From a virus, in IMG/VR virus record IMGVR_UViG_3300044769_000128, positions 1 through 62,761 of that record: 62,761 nucleotides of DNA; one strand, given 5' to 3'. The notes beneath the pieces were generated by a model. It was not told the origin of the DNA and did not search any database. It saw only the letters and a list, made by a program, of their open reading frames with translations. Below, one piece after another: positions 52,385 to 61,088 of this stretch. Position 1 is the first letter of the stretch. Every line of letters begins with the position of its first letter. A program made the position numbers and the translations under genes.

Positions 52385-52565
52385 TTTAACGAGAGACGCC
52401 AAGATCAGGGCGATCGAGGACGATGTGAATAAGCTGCTCGTCGATATGCCGCGACTTAAAAAGATTGTGCTTCTGAAGCACCTGCCGATCTTGCTCGGCT
52501 TTCGCCCAGGCACGGACCTGGACTATGAGCTGTCAAACGAAGCGCGGAAGGACGAAAAGAAATGA
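52377..52565 (+). CDS. Hypothetical protein
   Basis: 62 aa. Overlaps both neighbours. Confidence 0.5.
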   Translation: MDNLTRDAKIRAIEDDVNKLLVDMPRLKKIVLLKHLPILLGFRPGTDLDYELSNEARKDEKK

Positions 52566-52834
52566 GACTCTTGCTCACGGGGTGGATTTTGTTCTGTCTG
52601 TATATGCTGGCCGGCTGCGCGTCCAAAACCACCGTCCATATTGAAGTCCGACCGGACGGCACTTGCGTCGGCGATTACACTTCGGACAAAGAGCAGATGG
52701 GGCTCGAAGCGGCGATTTGCGGCGGCAAAGTCAAAGTCGAAAAGAGCGGGACTTTGGAAAGCGTCATTGCGGCTCAGACGCAGATTATTCAAATGCTAAT
52801 GAAGGCGGGAGCGCTCGCCGCGACAATTCCATAG
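52562..52834 (+). CDS. Lipoprotein (o-spanin-like or exclusion lipoprotein)
   Basis: Signal peptide with the lipobox LAGC: MRLLLTGWILFCLYMLAGCASK. Confidence 0.7.
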   Translation: MRLLLTGWILFCLYMLAGCASKTTVHIEVRPDGTCVGDYTSDKEQMGLEAAICGGKVKVEKSGTLESVIAAQTQIIQMLMKAGALAATIP

Positions 52835-53176
52835 AGTTTCCGACCGACTCGTGTTATAAAGCGACCACCTGGGGGAATAGCAGATAGTCCAATCGGTTAC
52901 GTCATAGTAGATCACACGCAATCGCTTCCATCCATTCAACGCCAGTACGGTCCAATCGTCGAGTACGATACGACGGTTTGCCGCCACTGTAATGGCGTCC
53001 TGAAGGTTCTCCATCGCCAGCATACCGGCCTGTATTGCATGCCGTGCGGCGGCCCGGTCCACGATCGCCCGCAGTGCGCCGATCACAAAGAACATTTTAT
53101 GCAGCGAATCGAGCGCCAGGTGGCGCGGATTAACTTTTTAGCCAAGCTCGGCATTTACGACAATTCTGGGAGGTAA
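52835..53176 (+). other. Start-less 114-codon reading frame with a zinc-ribbon motif, in frame with the lipoprotein gene across its TAG
   Basis: CRHCNG-x13-CMPCGG. No ATG, GTG or TTG lies upstream of the motif. It ends inside the GGGAGG RBS of the next gene. The codon-aligned antisense ORF 52796..53095 is the alternative reading. Confidence 0.35.
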
Positions 53177-53178
53177 CG

Positions 53179-53469
53179 ATGGGAGAGCGAGCAATCAATC
53201 GAGAGGAAGCCGAAATCGGCATGTGGTGGGCGACGTGTTGCCTGCACGACTTGCATCGAATCGATAACGAACAGGATCTCCAAGACGCCAAAGAGGGCGC
53301 GCCCTATATGGACGTGCGGGTTTGGTCATCCCTGAAAGACGCGCTCCTGGACCTGCTGCCAGATGAGAGCAGCGAGTCGCTTGAGTGGTGGCTGGATTTT
53401 CGGCGCGAGTCGTATCCGTCGGATTATACCGAGATTCGCAAAGCAGTGGAGGAAGCTCATGCAAATTGA
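53179..53469 (+). CDS. Acidic hypothetical protein
   Basis: GGGAGG RBS. 96 aa. Confidence 0.6.
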   Translation: MGERAINREEAEIGMWWATCCLHDLHRIDNEQDLQDAKEGAPYMDVRVWSSLKDALLDLLPDESSESLEWWLDFRRESYPSDYTEIRKAVEEAHAN

Positions 53470-53851
53470 AAGACCGAAAATCGTCGATGAAATGATCCAG
53501 GCGTTGCTCACCCACGGCACCGTGGAGGATCTGAAAACTCCGCAGGGACAATTCTTGCGCCACTTGATGACCGCCGCGGAAGTCGACCGCACCATGGACT
53601 TGCCTATGACCTACGCCAAGGGCTTTGACGGCGTGACCTGCGATTTTTGCCGGGGCGACAATCGCTTCAAGAATTGCGGCATGTGCTTTGGCAGCTTCGA
53701 TGCCTTGCCTGCCGGTGAAGAAATAGCCGCCGAGAGAATCGCCATCGAGAAAGCCAACCGCGAAAACCGCAGCAGCGACCCGATGTGGAAAGCGTCCTGG
53801 GGATCTTTGCCGCCGATCGATTGGCAGCCCACGGGGATCAATCGCGACTAA
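53459..53851 (+). CDS. Hypothetical protein with a Cys cluster
   Basis: Internal ATG 53459. CDFCRGDNRFKNCGMCFG. Confidence 0.6.
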   Translation: MQIERPKIVDEMIQALLTHGTVEDLKTPQGQFLRHLMTAAEVDRTMDLPMTYAKGFDGVTCDFCRGDNRFKNCGMCFGSFDALPAGEEIAAERIAIEKANRENRSSDPMWKASWGSLPPIDWQPTGINRD

Positions 53852-54558
53852 TGCAAGCCGTTAATTCCCCCTACGGGCCGGTCTTGATCGGCGTCATCTC
53901 CGGCGATCTCGCGCGCTACCACGAATTCAATACTTCGATGTTGCGGCTCGTGGTGCCCAAGGGTTCGACCTGGAAGTGGGTACGCGGCAATGGCATTGCC
54001 TACAATCGAAACCTAATCGCCAAAGACTTGGAAGCGGAGCACGAGCACCTTTGGTTTATGGACGACGATCAAGCATTCGAACCCGACATTTTGATGCGGC
54101 TGCTCGCGCATGACAAGGACATCGTCCAGCCGCTCATCGTTACCCGCAAGCCGCCTTTCTACCCTTATGCGTATTACTGGAATCCCGAGAAAGGCATGTA
54201 CGACACGATCGCGTGGGAGAGATTGCCGACCAGTGGCTTGATTCGCGTCGACGGCACCAGTGCGGGCGGCATGTTGGTGAAGAAACACGTTTTCGAAAAG
54301 ATGAAGCGTCCGTGGTTTGAAGAAGGGATGTTCCCCGAGTCAGACATGCTTGGCGAAGATCTCTGGTTTTCGAAAAAAGCGATGGAGTTGGGAATCGAAA
54401 CTTGGCTCGACCTAGACACTCACATGGGGCACATGACGACCATGGGAGTGTGGCCGGGGCAAGCTAATGGGAAATGGTGCATTGATCTGGACATCAATCA
54501 TGGCGTGCGTGTCCGGGTCAACGCCGATATCGGCAAAAACGCACTGACCGACGAGTAA
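53851..54558 (+). CDS. GT-A fold (family-2-like) glycosyltransferase
   Basis: FMDDDQAF (DxD motif) and GEDLWFSKKAMELG, typical of GT2 enzymes. 235 aa. Confidence 0.65.
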   Translation: MQAVNSPYGPVLIGVISGDLARYHEFNTSMLRLVVPKGSTWKWVRGNGIAYNRNLIAKDLEAEHEHLWFMDDDQAFEPDILMRLLAHDKDIVQPLIVTRKPPFYPYAYYWNPEKGMYDTIAWERLPTSGLIRVDGTSAGGMLVKKHVFEKMKRPWFEEGMFPESDMLGEDLWFSKKAMELGIETWLDLDTHMGHMTTMGVWPGQANGKWCIDLDINHGVRVRVNADIGKNALTDE

Positions 54559-54569
54559 AGGAGATACCG

Positions 54570-55019
54570 ATGGCAAGATATGCAGGCACGGTGAAATCGA
54601 TCACCGCGAGTACGACCGATGATAATTGGGCGTTGACAGCGGGCACAGGCAAATCGGCAAAGATTATCGAAGTGCATTGGGGCGGTGAGACCACGACTTC
54701 GACCGCAATGTGTACCCGCGTAGCGCGTAGCTCCGGTCAGACCGGCGCGACGACTGCGGTGACCACCGCGAAAATTCACCCGAACTCCCCCACGGCCGGG
54801 ACCGTTTTGGGTTCGACATTCGCCACGACGCAACCGACTCTCGATGCGGGCGATCTGTTTGCCGAATCGTGGAACGCTCACGGCGGCGTGGTCCGCTGGC
54901 TGGCCGCACCGGGCGAGGAATTCGTCTTGATCGGCGCCGCGACCGAGACCGTGATCTCGTGCCGGAATTCCGTCGGCACCGCGACTTCGACCTACGGGCT
55001 TCTCCACGAAGAGGACTAA
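54570..55019 (+). CDS. Tail-module hypothetical protein
   Basis: 149 aa, Thr/Ala/Gly-rich and beta-rich. Confidence 0.65.
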   Translation: MARYAGTVKSITASTTDDNWALTAGTGKSAKIIEVHWGGETTTSTAMCTRVARSSGQTGATTAVTTAKIHPNSPTAGTVLGSTFATTQPTLDAGDLFAESWNAHGGVVRWLAAPGEEFVLIGAATETVISCRNSVGTATSTYGLLHEED

Positions 55020-55025
55020 GCCTTA

Positions 55026-56585
55026 ATGGCCGGACCCTTTCTCTTTGACCGGGTCAAGGAGACTTCAACGACCACCGGCACTGGTACGCTCACGCTTGCC
55101 GGTGCCGTGTCTAATTTCCAAGCCTTCTCCGTGGTCGGCGACGGGAACACTTGCTACTACGCCATCGTGCACCGCACGATAGCCGAGTGGGAAGTGGGGG
55201 TCGGCACTTATACCGCGTCGGGCACCACGCTCGCGCGGACCAGCGTTTTGGCAAGCTCCAACTCGGGACTCGTCGTTACGCTTCAGGCCGGGACCAAAGA
55301 CGTTTTCATCACCGCGCCCGCTACGCTGCTCTCCAATATCAGTCCGGTGTCGTACACCTACGAGGCGGCGGGACTCGAGCCGCTGGCCATCGAAGTCCTG
55401 CAATCGGGCACTTACACTTACGCGATCAACAGCACCACGACGAAACTCGTGGTCAATGCTTACTTGACGCAGTTGGCCGGCGCCGGGAGATGGGAAATCC
55501 GCGACCCGCGTCGGACGATGCCGCTCCGCAATGTGACGGTGACGGGGACCGGAGCCGGGTCCACGGGAATCTTCATCGATCCGACACTGCCGACTTACGC
55601 CAACGCGCAAGCGACGTACTACGATCGGTTAAGCTCGTTGGCGACTTTGCCGACCAAGTATTTGTCGATCGGCACGGCGGGCACTCGCGCGGTGTTTCTG
55701 CCCGGCCCCTACGGCAACATCATTACGTCGGTCAATGTGTTTGATGCGACCTGGGTCGTCATTCGCCCGTTCGGCACGACGCTCGGATGGAATCTCCACG
55801 ACGAAGTCGGCGATGCCGCCAGCGAGGCAATTAACTTCGCTCATCCGACGCTGATCCCGGTTTCCAAGCTTGTTTGCTGGGCCTTGGAGTTGGGCACGCA
55901 GCGCACCGCTGGCAATGCCGAGGGGTCGATAACTTACGTCATTTGCCCGAGCACTTGGGGCAAAGTCACCGATTCGAATACTTATCTTTTCAGGGATGAT
56001 TTCACCGGCGATACATTGGACACCGGGGCGACCTGGACACGCTCTCAATCCTCGGCTGGCAACGTCGAGATCGATACCAACTTTGCCTGGCTGAAGCTGA
56101 TCGGCGACGGCAACTGGGGCGCCAACGGGTGTTTTTCCCAGACCACCACGGCGCGCAACGTCGGCAAGAAATTCCAGTGCGATGTGTACGTGCCGGTGAT
56201 TTCGAGTCTCAATCATAATTACTTGGTCGGTTGGCACGATGGCGCGGGACAAAGCTTCTCGGACTTTGCGCACGGCATGTATTTTACCAATAGCGGCGGC
56301 GTGCGCCGCTTGCAGGTTTTCGAAGATAACAACAGCCGCGGGCTGGTGGGCGCCAACCCTGGATTCACCGAAGGCTACATTTACCGGGTGAGAATCACGC
56401 TCGGCGCGTCGAGCGCGACTTATGAGATTCAGGGCGGTCCCGAATACGATCAAATCGGCGGGGCAACATGGGACGATGTTACGCCGGGTGTGACTTCGAG
56501 CACGACTACGCCGCTCGCCATCGGCGCGACCCGCGAGCAGGCCACCGGCACGGTCTACGTCGGCGACATGAGGATGTACACCTAA
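55026..56585 (+). CDS. Tail-fibre-like protein with a lectin/LamG-like C-terminal region
   Basis: N-terminus ETSTTTGTGTLTLAGAV...EWEVGVGTY...LARTSVLASSN is a recurring fibre N-terminus as I recall it. 519 aa. Confidence 0.65.
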   Translation: MAGPFLFDRVKETSTTTGTGTLTLAGAVSNFQAFSVVGDGNTCYYAIVHRTIAEWEVGVGTYTASGTTLARTSVLASSNSGLVVTLQAGTKDVFITAPATLLSNISPVSYTYEAAGLEPLAIEVLQSGTYTYAINSTTTKLVVNAYLTQLAGAGRWEIRDPRRTMPLRNVTVTGTGAGSTGIFIDPTLPTYANAQATYYDRLSSLATLPTKYLSIGTAGTRAVFLPGPYGNIITSVNVFDATWVVIRPFGTTLGWNLHDEVGDAASEAINFAHPTLIPVSKLVCWALELGTQRTAGNAEGSITYVICPSTWGKVTDSNTYLFRDDFTGDTLDTGATWTRSQSSAGNVEIDTNFAWLKLIGDGNWGANGCFSQTTTARNVGKKFQCDVYVPVISSLNHNYLVGWHDGAGQSFSDFAHGMYFTNSGGVRRLQVFEDNNSRGLVGANPGFTEGYIYRVRITLGASSATYEIQGGPEYDQIGGATWDDVTPGVTSSTTTPLAIGATREQATGTVYVGDMRMYT

Positions 56586-56692
56586 TGCTCGGCGAGACTG
56601 CAATCAGCGAAGCGCCTATTTCCGCCGAGGCCGAAGCCGGTGTGGATACCAACACGGACGTCCTGCCGGGTCAGCCGATCGGGTTGAGCTAA
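56585..56692 (+). CDS. Possible 35-aa peptide (MLGETAISEAPIS...)
   Basis: TAATG coupling. Below the track cutoff. Confidence 0.4.
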   Translation: MLGETAISEAPISAEAEAGVDTNTDVLPGQPIGLS

Positions 56693-56693
56693 A

Positions 56694-57359
56694 ATGGCGA
56701 CTCTTAATTTAACCCAGGTTCTTGGCGAGACCGGACGAGAAAGTTCTGCCGGAGTCGTCGATATAACTAATAATCCATTGGGGAATGTCGACGCCACCAA
56801 TGAATGGTTCGCCTTCCGATTTCAGAACGTCACCATCGCGCCAGGATCAACGATCAACACAGCAGTCATGTCTATTGTCGTTCCGTTGTCAACGGAGGAC
56901 GAACCGTTACATACCTTTTACGGCGAGGACCACGACAACGCCCCGGTGCTTACAAACGCGGCTAGTAGTATCAGCACGCGCACACAGACTACCGCGACGG
57001 TTCTCTGGGACAACACGAATCTCGGCGCTCCGGGAACCTTTAGTCCTCCCGGTATGGCTGCGATTGTTCAGGAGATCATCGATCGTCCGGGTTGGGCGAG
57101 CGGCAATGCGATTGTGATTTTTTGCAACGGCAGTGCCACGGCGACGCGCGACCTATCGGTGAATAACGGCGACGCGACTTTCGCCATCGACTACACGCCG
57201 CCCGTTGAAACGTACCGGGCCGCCCCCCGAATATCACAGCCGCAACAGGCGCCGCGGCGCGCGGCTAGTAGCGCCTATTGGCGGCAGAATGCCGCCGTGA
57301 TTGAAGAGGCTGTGGTTGACACCTATATACCGCCGGGCGCGGTGGGCGGGGTCGCCTAA
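56694..57359 (+). CDS. Tail-module protein; its C-terminus carries the first RxxxxAYW unit
   Basis: 221 aa. Ends ...PRRAASSAYWRQNAAVIEE... Confidence 0.65.
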   Translation: MATLNLTQVLGETGRESSAGVVDITNNPLGNVDATNEWFAFRFQNVTIAPGSTINTAVMSIVVPLSTEDEPLHTFYGEDHDNAPVLTNAASSISTRTQTTATVLWDNTNLGAPGTFSPPGMAAIVQEIIDRPGWASGNAIVIFCNGSATATRDLSVNNGDATFAIDYTPPVETYRAAPRISQPQQAPRRAASSAYWRQNAAVIEEAVVDTYIPPGAVGGVA

Positions 57360-59101
57360 TGGCGCACGATTATCAATACTGGCGACGGTCGCGGCGCACC
57401 AATACGGCGCCCTACCGCTTCTTCTCCATCAAGGCTGGTGGCCCGGATGTGGCGGCCGTTGCTGAGACACCGCCGATCGCCACCAAAATGTCGGAGCGCT
57501 ATCCGCTCAAACCGCGCACTGCAAACACGGCTTACTGGCGGCAGAATGCAGCCGTGGTGGGCGACGATGTATTTGTTCACACACAGCTACCCTCGCGCGC
57601 GCCGACAAAAGCTCGCACGGCGAACACTGCTTACTGGTGTCACAACGAAGCCGTGATAGGGGACGGGGTATTCGTCCATACACAGTTAACCGCGCGTGCA
57701 CCCGCTAAAGCGAGAACGGCGAACGCCGCCTACTGGCGCGACAACAAGCTTCAGATCAACGACGAGGTTCCCCAGAACGGGCGAATCTTTTCGCTCGGCC
57801 CGCCCGTCAGGCGCACGGCAAATACGGCTTATTTCGTCAATCCGACCGCTGTCGTCGCCGATGTGACGAACCTGCCGCCGATCGTGCCGGTGATTACCGA
57901 CTTCGCTCGGTCCAAGGCGCGCACGGCCAATTCGGCATACTGGCAAGCGCTGCGCTTTCAAATCAACGACGAAGTGCCGCAAAACGGCCGGATCGAATTC
58001 CCCGTGCGGCCATACCGCCGCGCGGCTGCGACCGAATACTGGCGCAACAGTCAGTTCGTCGTCGACGATGCCGCCGTTGTCGGCCCGATCATTTTCCCGA
58101 CCCTGGCGACGCCGCTGAAGGCGCGAGACCGCACGGCGTATTATCGCTTCTTCCGCAGCGGTGGTGGCGGCACCGACGTGACGCCTCCGGTGGTGGTCGA
58201 TCCGCCACCGATCTTTCCGTTCATCTCCGATATCTATCGCCCGCGGCGCACGGCGAATACCGCCTATTGGCGCAATGCTTCATTCGTCATCGATGACGTC
58301 GTTCCCATTGATCCACCGACGACTTTCCCGTTCATCTCCGACATTGCCCGGCGCCATCGCTACAATAGCGCGACCGCGCCGTGGCGCTGGATCGGCAGCA
58401 GGGGCGGCGGCCTCGATGTCGAGCCGCCGATCACTTTCCCGTCGGCGACCACGCTGTTCGATTTCCGGCGTAACAAGCTGCGGAGCGCCCGGCAGAACTA
58501 TCAATTTGCCGGGGCGCGGCAACTCGCGCTGGCGTTCAAGCCCGAAGGCATGATCCTTTTCCCCGAGCACAACAATACGACGCGGCGGCGTAAGGAAGCG
58601 GCGAACACCGCTTATTGGCGACCCAACACCGGACAGATCGTTTACGTCGACTTCTCCGAGGAGCTATCGGCCAAGCTGTTGCCGCAGCGCTACTGGACAC
58701 CGCTCCGCGCTGGCAATGCCGCCTACTGGAAAAACAATCCAGGACCGATCCCGGTGATCACGTTCCTCGAGGAGTTATCGGCCAAGCTGCTTCCCAGCCG
58801 TGCGCCGGGAGCCCGCCGCGGCGTCAATACGATCTATTCAGTTACATCGCGCTACATGGAAGATACCGTGGCGTTTGACAGCGTCATCGGCGCCATCCTG
58901 TTACCAGACCGTGTCTACCAGCAGCAACGCGCCTCCGAGTTCGCCTACTGGATGCCACCGCCGTTCTTGGTCCAATTCCCGGCACCGCTCGCGCCGCTGA
59001 TTATCGGCAAGGCGCGCGTGCAGACGCTTTGGGCCAACGACCGGGAATTTATAATCCCGGCCAAGCGGAGAAAGTTTCCACAGAAACCGAAAAGACCATG
59101 A
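57359..59101 (+). CDS. Repeat protein built from about 14 degenerate R-T-A-N-T-A-Y-W units
   Basis: RTANTAYWRQN, RTANTAYWCHN, RTANAAYWRDN, RTANTAYFVNP, RTANSAYWQAL and similar, spaced about 30-45 aa apart. 580 aa. Confidence 0.7.
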   Translation: MAHDYQYWRRSRRTNTAPYRFFSIKAGGPDVAAVAETPPIATKMSERYPLKPRTANTAYWRQNAAVVGDDVFVHTQLPSRAPTKARTANTAYWCHNEAVIGDGVFVHTQLTARAPAKARTANAAYWRDNKLQINDEVPQNGRIFSLGPPVRRTANTAYFVNPTAVVADVTNLPPIVPVITDFARSKARTANSAYWQALRFQINDEVPQNGRIEFPVRPYRRAAATEYWRNSQFVVDDAAVVGPIIFPTLATPLKARDRTAYYRFFRSGGGGTDVTPPVVVDPPPIFPFISDIYRPRRTANTAYWRNASFVIDDVVPIDPPTTFPFISDIARRHRYNSATAPWRWIGSRGGGLDVEPPITFPSATTLFDFRRNKLRSARQNYQFAGARQLALAFKPEGMILFPEHNNTTRRRKEAANTAYWRPNTGQIVYVDFSEELSAKLLPQRYWTPLRAGNAAYWKNNPGPIPVITFLEELSAKLLPSRAPGARRGVNTIYSVTSRYMEDTVAFDSVIGAILLPDRVYQQQRASEFAYWMPPPFLVQFPAPLAPLIIGKARVQTLWANDREFIIPAKRRKFPQKPKRP

Positions 59102-59397
59102 ACACGATCAACAAACAGCCCGCCGAGCGTTTGCCGCTGGCCTTTGAATTCCGCGACCGCCTGCCCCTGGGCGGCCAACTCTATAGCGGGATTCTTTTAG
59201 CCGTCAATGTCGCCGACGGGTCCGACGTCGTCGATGATATTCTCGTCTCGCCGATCGGTACGGTCAACGGGACGCAGGTCAGATTCATGGTCGAGAACGG
59301 CACCAGCGGCGAGGTTTATAAAGTCACGCTTTTGGCGACGCTCACCGACGGCGCGGTCCTGGAAGAAGATGTTCTGATCGCCATGGGGAGTATCTAA
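59098..59397 (+). CDS. Small beta-sandwich-like tail-module protein
   Basis: ATGA coupling. 99 aa. ...GTSGEVYKVTLLATLTDGAVLEEDVLI. Confidence 0.6.
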   Translation: MNTINKQPAERLPLAFEFRDRLPLGGQLYSGILLAVNVADGSDVVDDILVSPIGTVNGTQVRFMVENGTSGEVYKVTLLATLTDGAVLEEDVLIAMGSI

Positions 59398-60306
59398 ATG
59401 AACCACGACGCTATCGTCAAATTCGTTCAAACGCGCACGGGCGAGCACTCGCTGATTTCCTACGACAAGGCGAGCGAGTTGATGAATCTCGCGCACGCGC
59501 AAATCCTCGAGGAAGAAGAATGGAGTCGCAAGTACACCGAGATCCTAATCCGCACGCCGGCCGATGACACCACCGGCACGTTCGCCATCACTAACGGTTC
59601 GTCCACTGCCGTCGGCACGGGGCTGACGCTGACTTCCAACAACTTGGGCTGGTACATTCACTTCGGCAGCGACACCGCGATCTATGTGATCGGCGCGCTT
59701 ACCGGGGCGACAATCACGCTGCACGATTATGCCGGCAACGTGGTCACCTATGCGGGCGAGACGCAAAGCGCGGCGACCTTCATCGCGTTTAAGCGCTGGC
59801 ACACGCTCGGCGAAGCCATCGAGGGCATCGAAGTGGTGACCCATGACCGCACGCTTTCGGAAATCACCACAGGCGTCCTGGACGATTGGGACCGGGACCG
59901 GAGCACCACTTCGAACTATCCCGATCATTGGGCTTACGGCCCGCGCGACGCCAATGGCTTTATGCAAATCGAATTCTGGCCGCGCGCCAATAGCACGCTC
60001 GCAATCCGGGTAAAGGTCCGGCGCGGGCATATCGATCTCAAGGGCGTCGAGCAACCGTTCTGTCCCTGGTATGTCATCGGGTGGAAAGCCGCCGCCGAGG
60101 CGTGTCTGTTTTTACAAGCGAAAACCAATCAGGCGACGTGGTTCACACTCGCGGACAAATACGAGGCGAAGTACGTGGCGGCCGTCGCCCGCGCGATGCA
60201 GCAAGATCAGAAGAAAAGCGGCTTGCCTCACCGCATTAAAGACGTCGAGGGTGACGCCGGCATCGATGATGACTTTTACGTGCGCCACGACAATCTCGGC
60301 TGGTAG
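59398..60306 (+). CDS. Tail/baseplate-module hypothetical protein
   Basis: 302 aa. Its ATG abuts the upstream TAA. Confidence 0.65.
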   Translation: MNHDAIVKFVQTRTGEHSLISYDKASELMNLAHAQILEEEEWSRKYTEILIRTPADDTTGTFAITNGSSTAVGTGLTLTSNNLGWYIHFGSDTAIYVIGALTGATITLHDYAGNVVTYAGETQSAATFIAFKRWHTLGEAIEGIEVVTHDRTLSEITTGVLDDWDRDRSTTSNYPDHWAYGPRDANGFMQIEFWPRANSTLAIRVKVRRGHIDLKGVEQPFCPWYVIGWKAAAEACLFLQAKTNQATWFTLADKYEAKYVAAVARAMQQDQKKSGLPHRIKDVEGDAGIDDDFYVRHDNLGW

Positions 60307-60314
60307 GAGTTTCA

Positions 60315-61088
60315 ATGGCATTCCCTGTTTCCATAAATCCTTCACAACCGGCGAACACCGACGCGCCTGCGGGCGCCGCCGCGCAGATTCGCGGCATCAA
60401 GCAACTGATCGTCGATCTGTTCGGCCTGCCGGTGGACCCTTCGCTCATCACCGCGGCGCCGTTCACCATCAGTTCGGGCGGGCTCGTCACCATCAACATC
60501 TCCACGGCAACGGTCAATCTTGAGATTGTCCACGGCATAATCAGTTCGGGGTCGCCCGACATCGCGGCGACAGTCACCTGGAACCATCCCGGCGTGCACT
60601 TCACCGAGGACTTTCGAAACATCACCGACACCAACTCGCTGCCGACTTCTTTATTTGACGACAAGCGGGTGGGCGATATCAGCAAGTACAAGCTTAGAAA
60701 AGACGGCTCGCTGCAACCGCGCGTGCTAGGCAATCTCACCGGCGGGTCCACGGCGCTCATCACCGCGGGCGCTGCGGCGGGCGTGACTCCGACAGTTTCG
60801 ATCAGCGGCAAAGACCTCGGCGGCGAAATCACCGTGCTCACCGGCACTACGGCGACCACCGGCATTTTGTGCAACGTGACTTTCTCCGCGCCGCTGCAAA
60901 CTGCGCCGACGGTGTTTCTATTACCCGCCGACCAGAACTCGGCCAACGATTGGTCGAAGTTTTATATCCCCGCCGCGGGCGACACCAACGCGCCCGACAC
61001 GACGAAATTCTCCGTGCACATCGGTACGGCGCTCACCGACGGGACCACTTACAAATTCCGCTATTTTTCGATTGAGAACAACGCCTAA
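60315..61088 (+). CDS. Tail-module hypothetical protein
   Basis: 257-aa ORF. Confidence 0.65.
   Translation: MAFPVSINPSQPANTDAPAGAAAQIRGIKQLIVDLFGLPVDPSLITAAPFTISSGGLVTINISTATVNLEIVHGIISSGSPDIAATVTWNHPGVHFTEDFRNITDTNSLPTSLFDDKRVGDISKYKLRKDGSLQPRVLGNLTGGSTALITAGAAAGVTPTVSISGKDLGGEITVLTGTTATTGILCNVTFSAPLQTAPTVFLLPADQNSANDWSKFYIPAAGDTNAPDTTKFSVHIGTALTDGTTYKFRYFSIENNA

Noticed and set aside
57359-59101. CRISPR-like or other non-coding tandem repeat arrays. The periodic words in 57359..59101 and 46725..49900 were considered.
   Set aside because: The periodicity is at the protein level inside long intact ORFs. The DNA copies are diverged, and there are no identical direct repeats with unique spacers.
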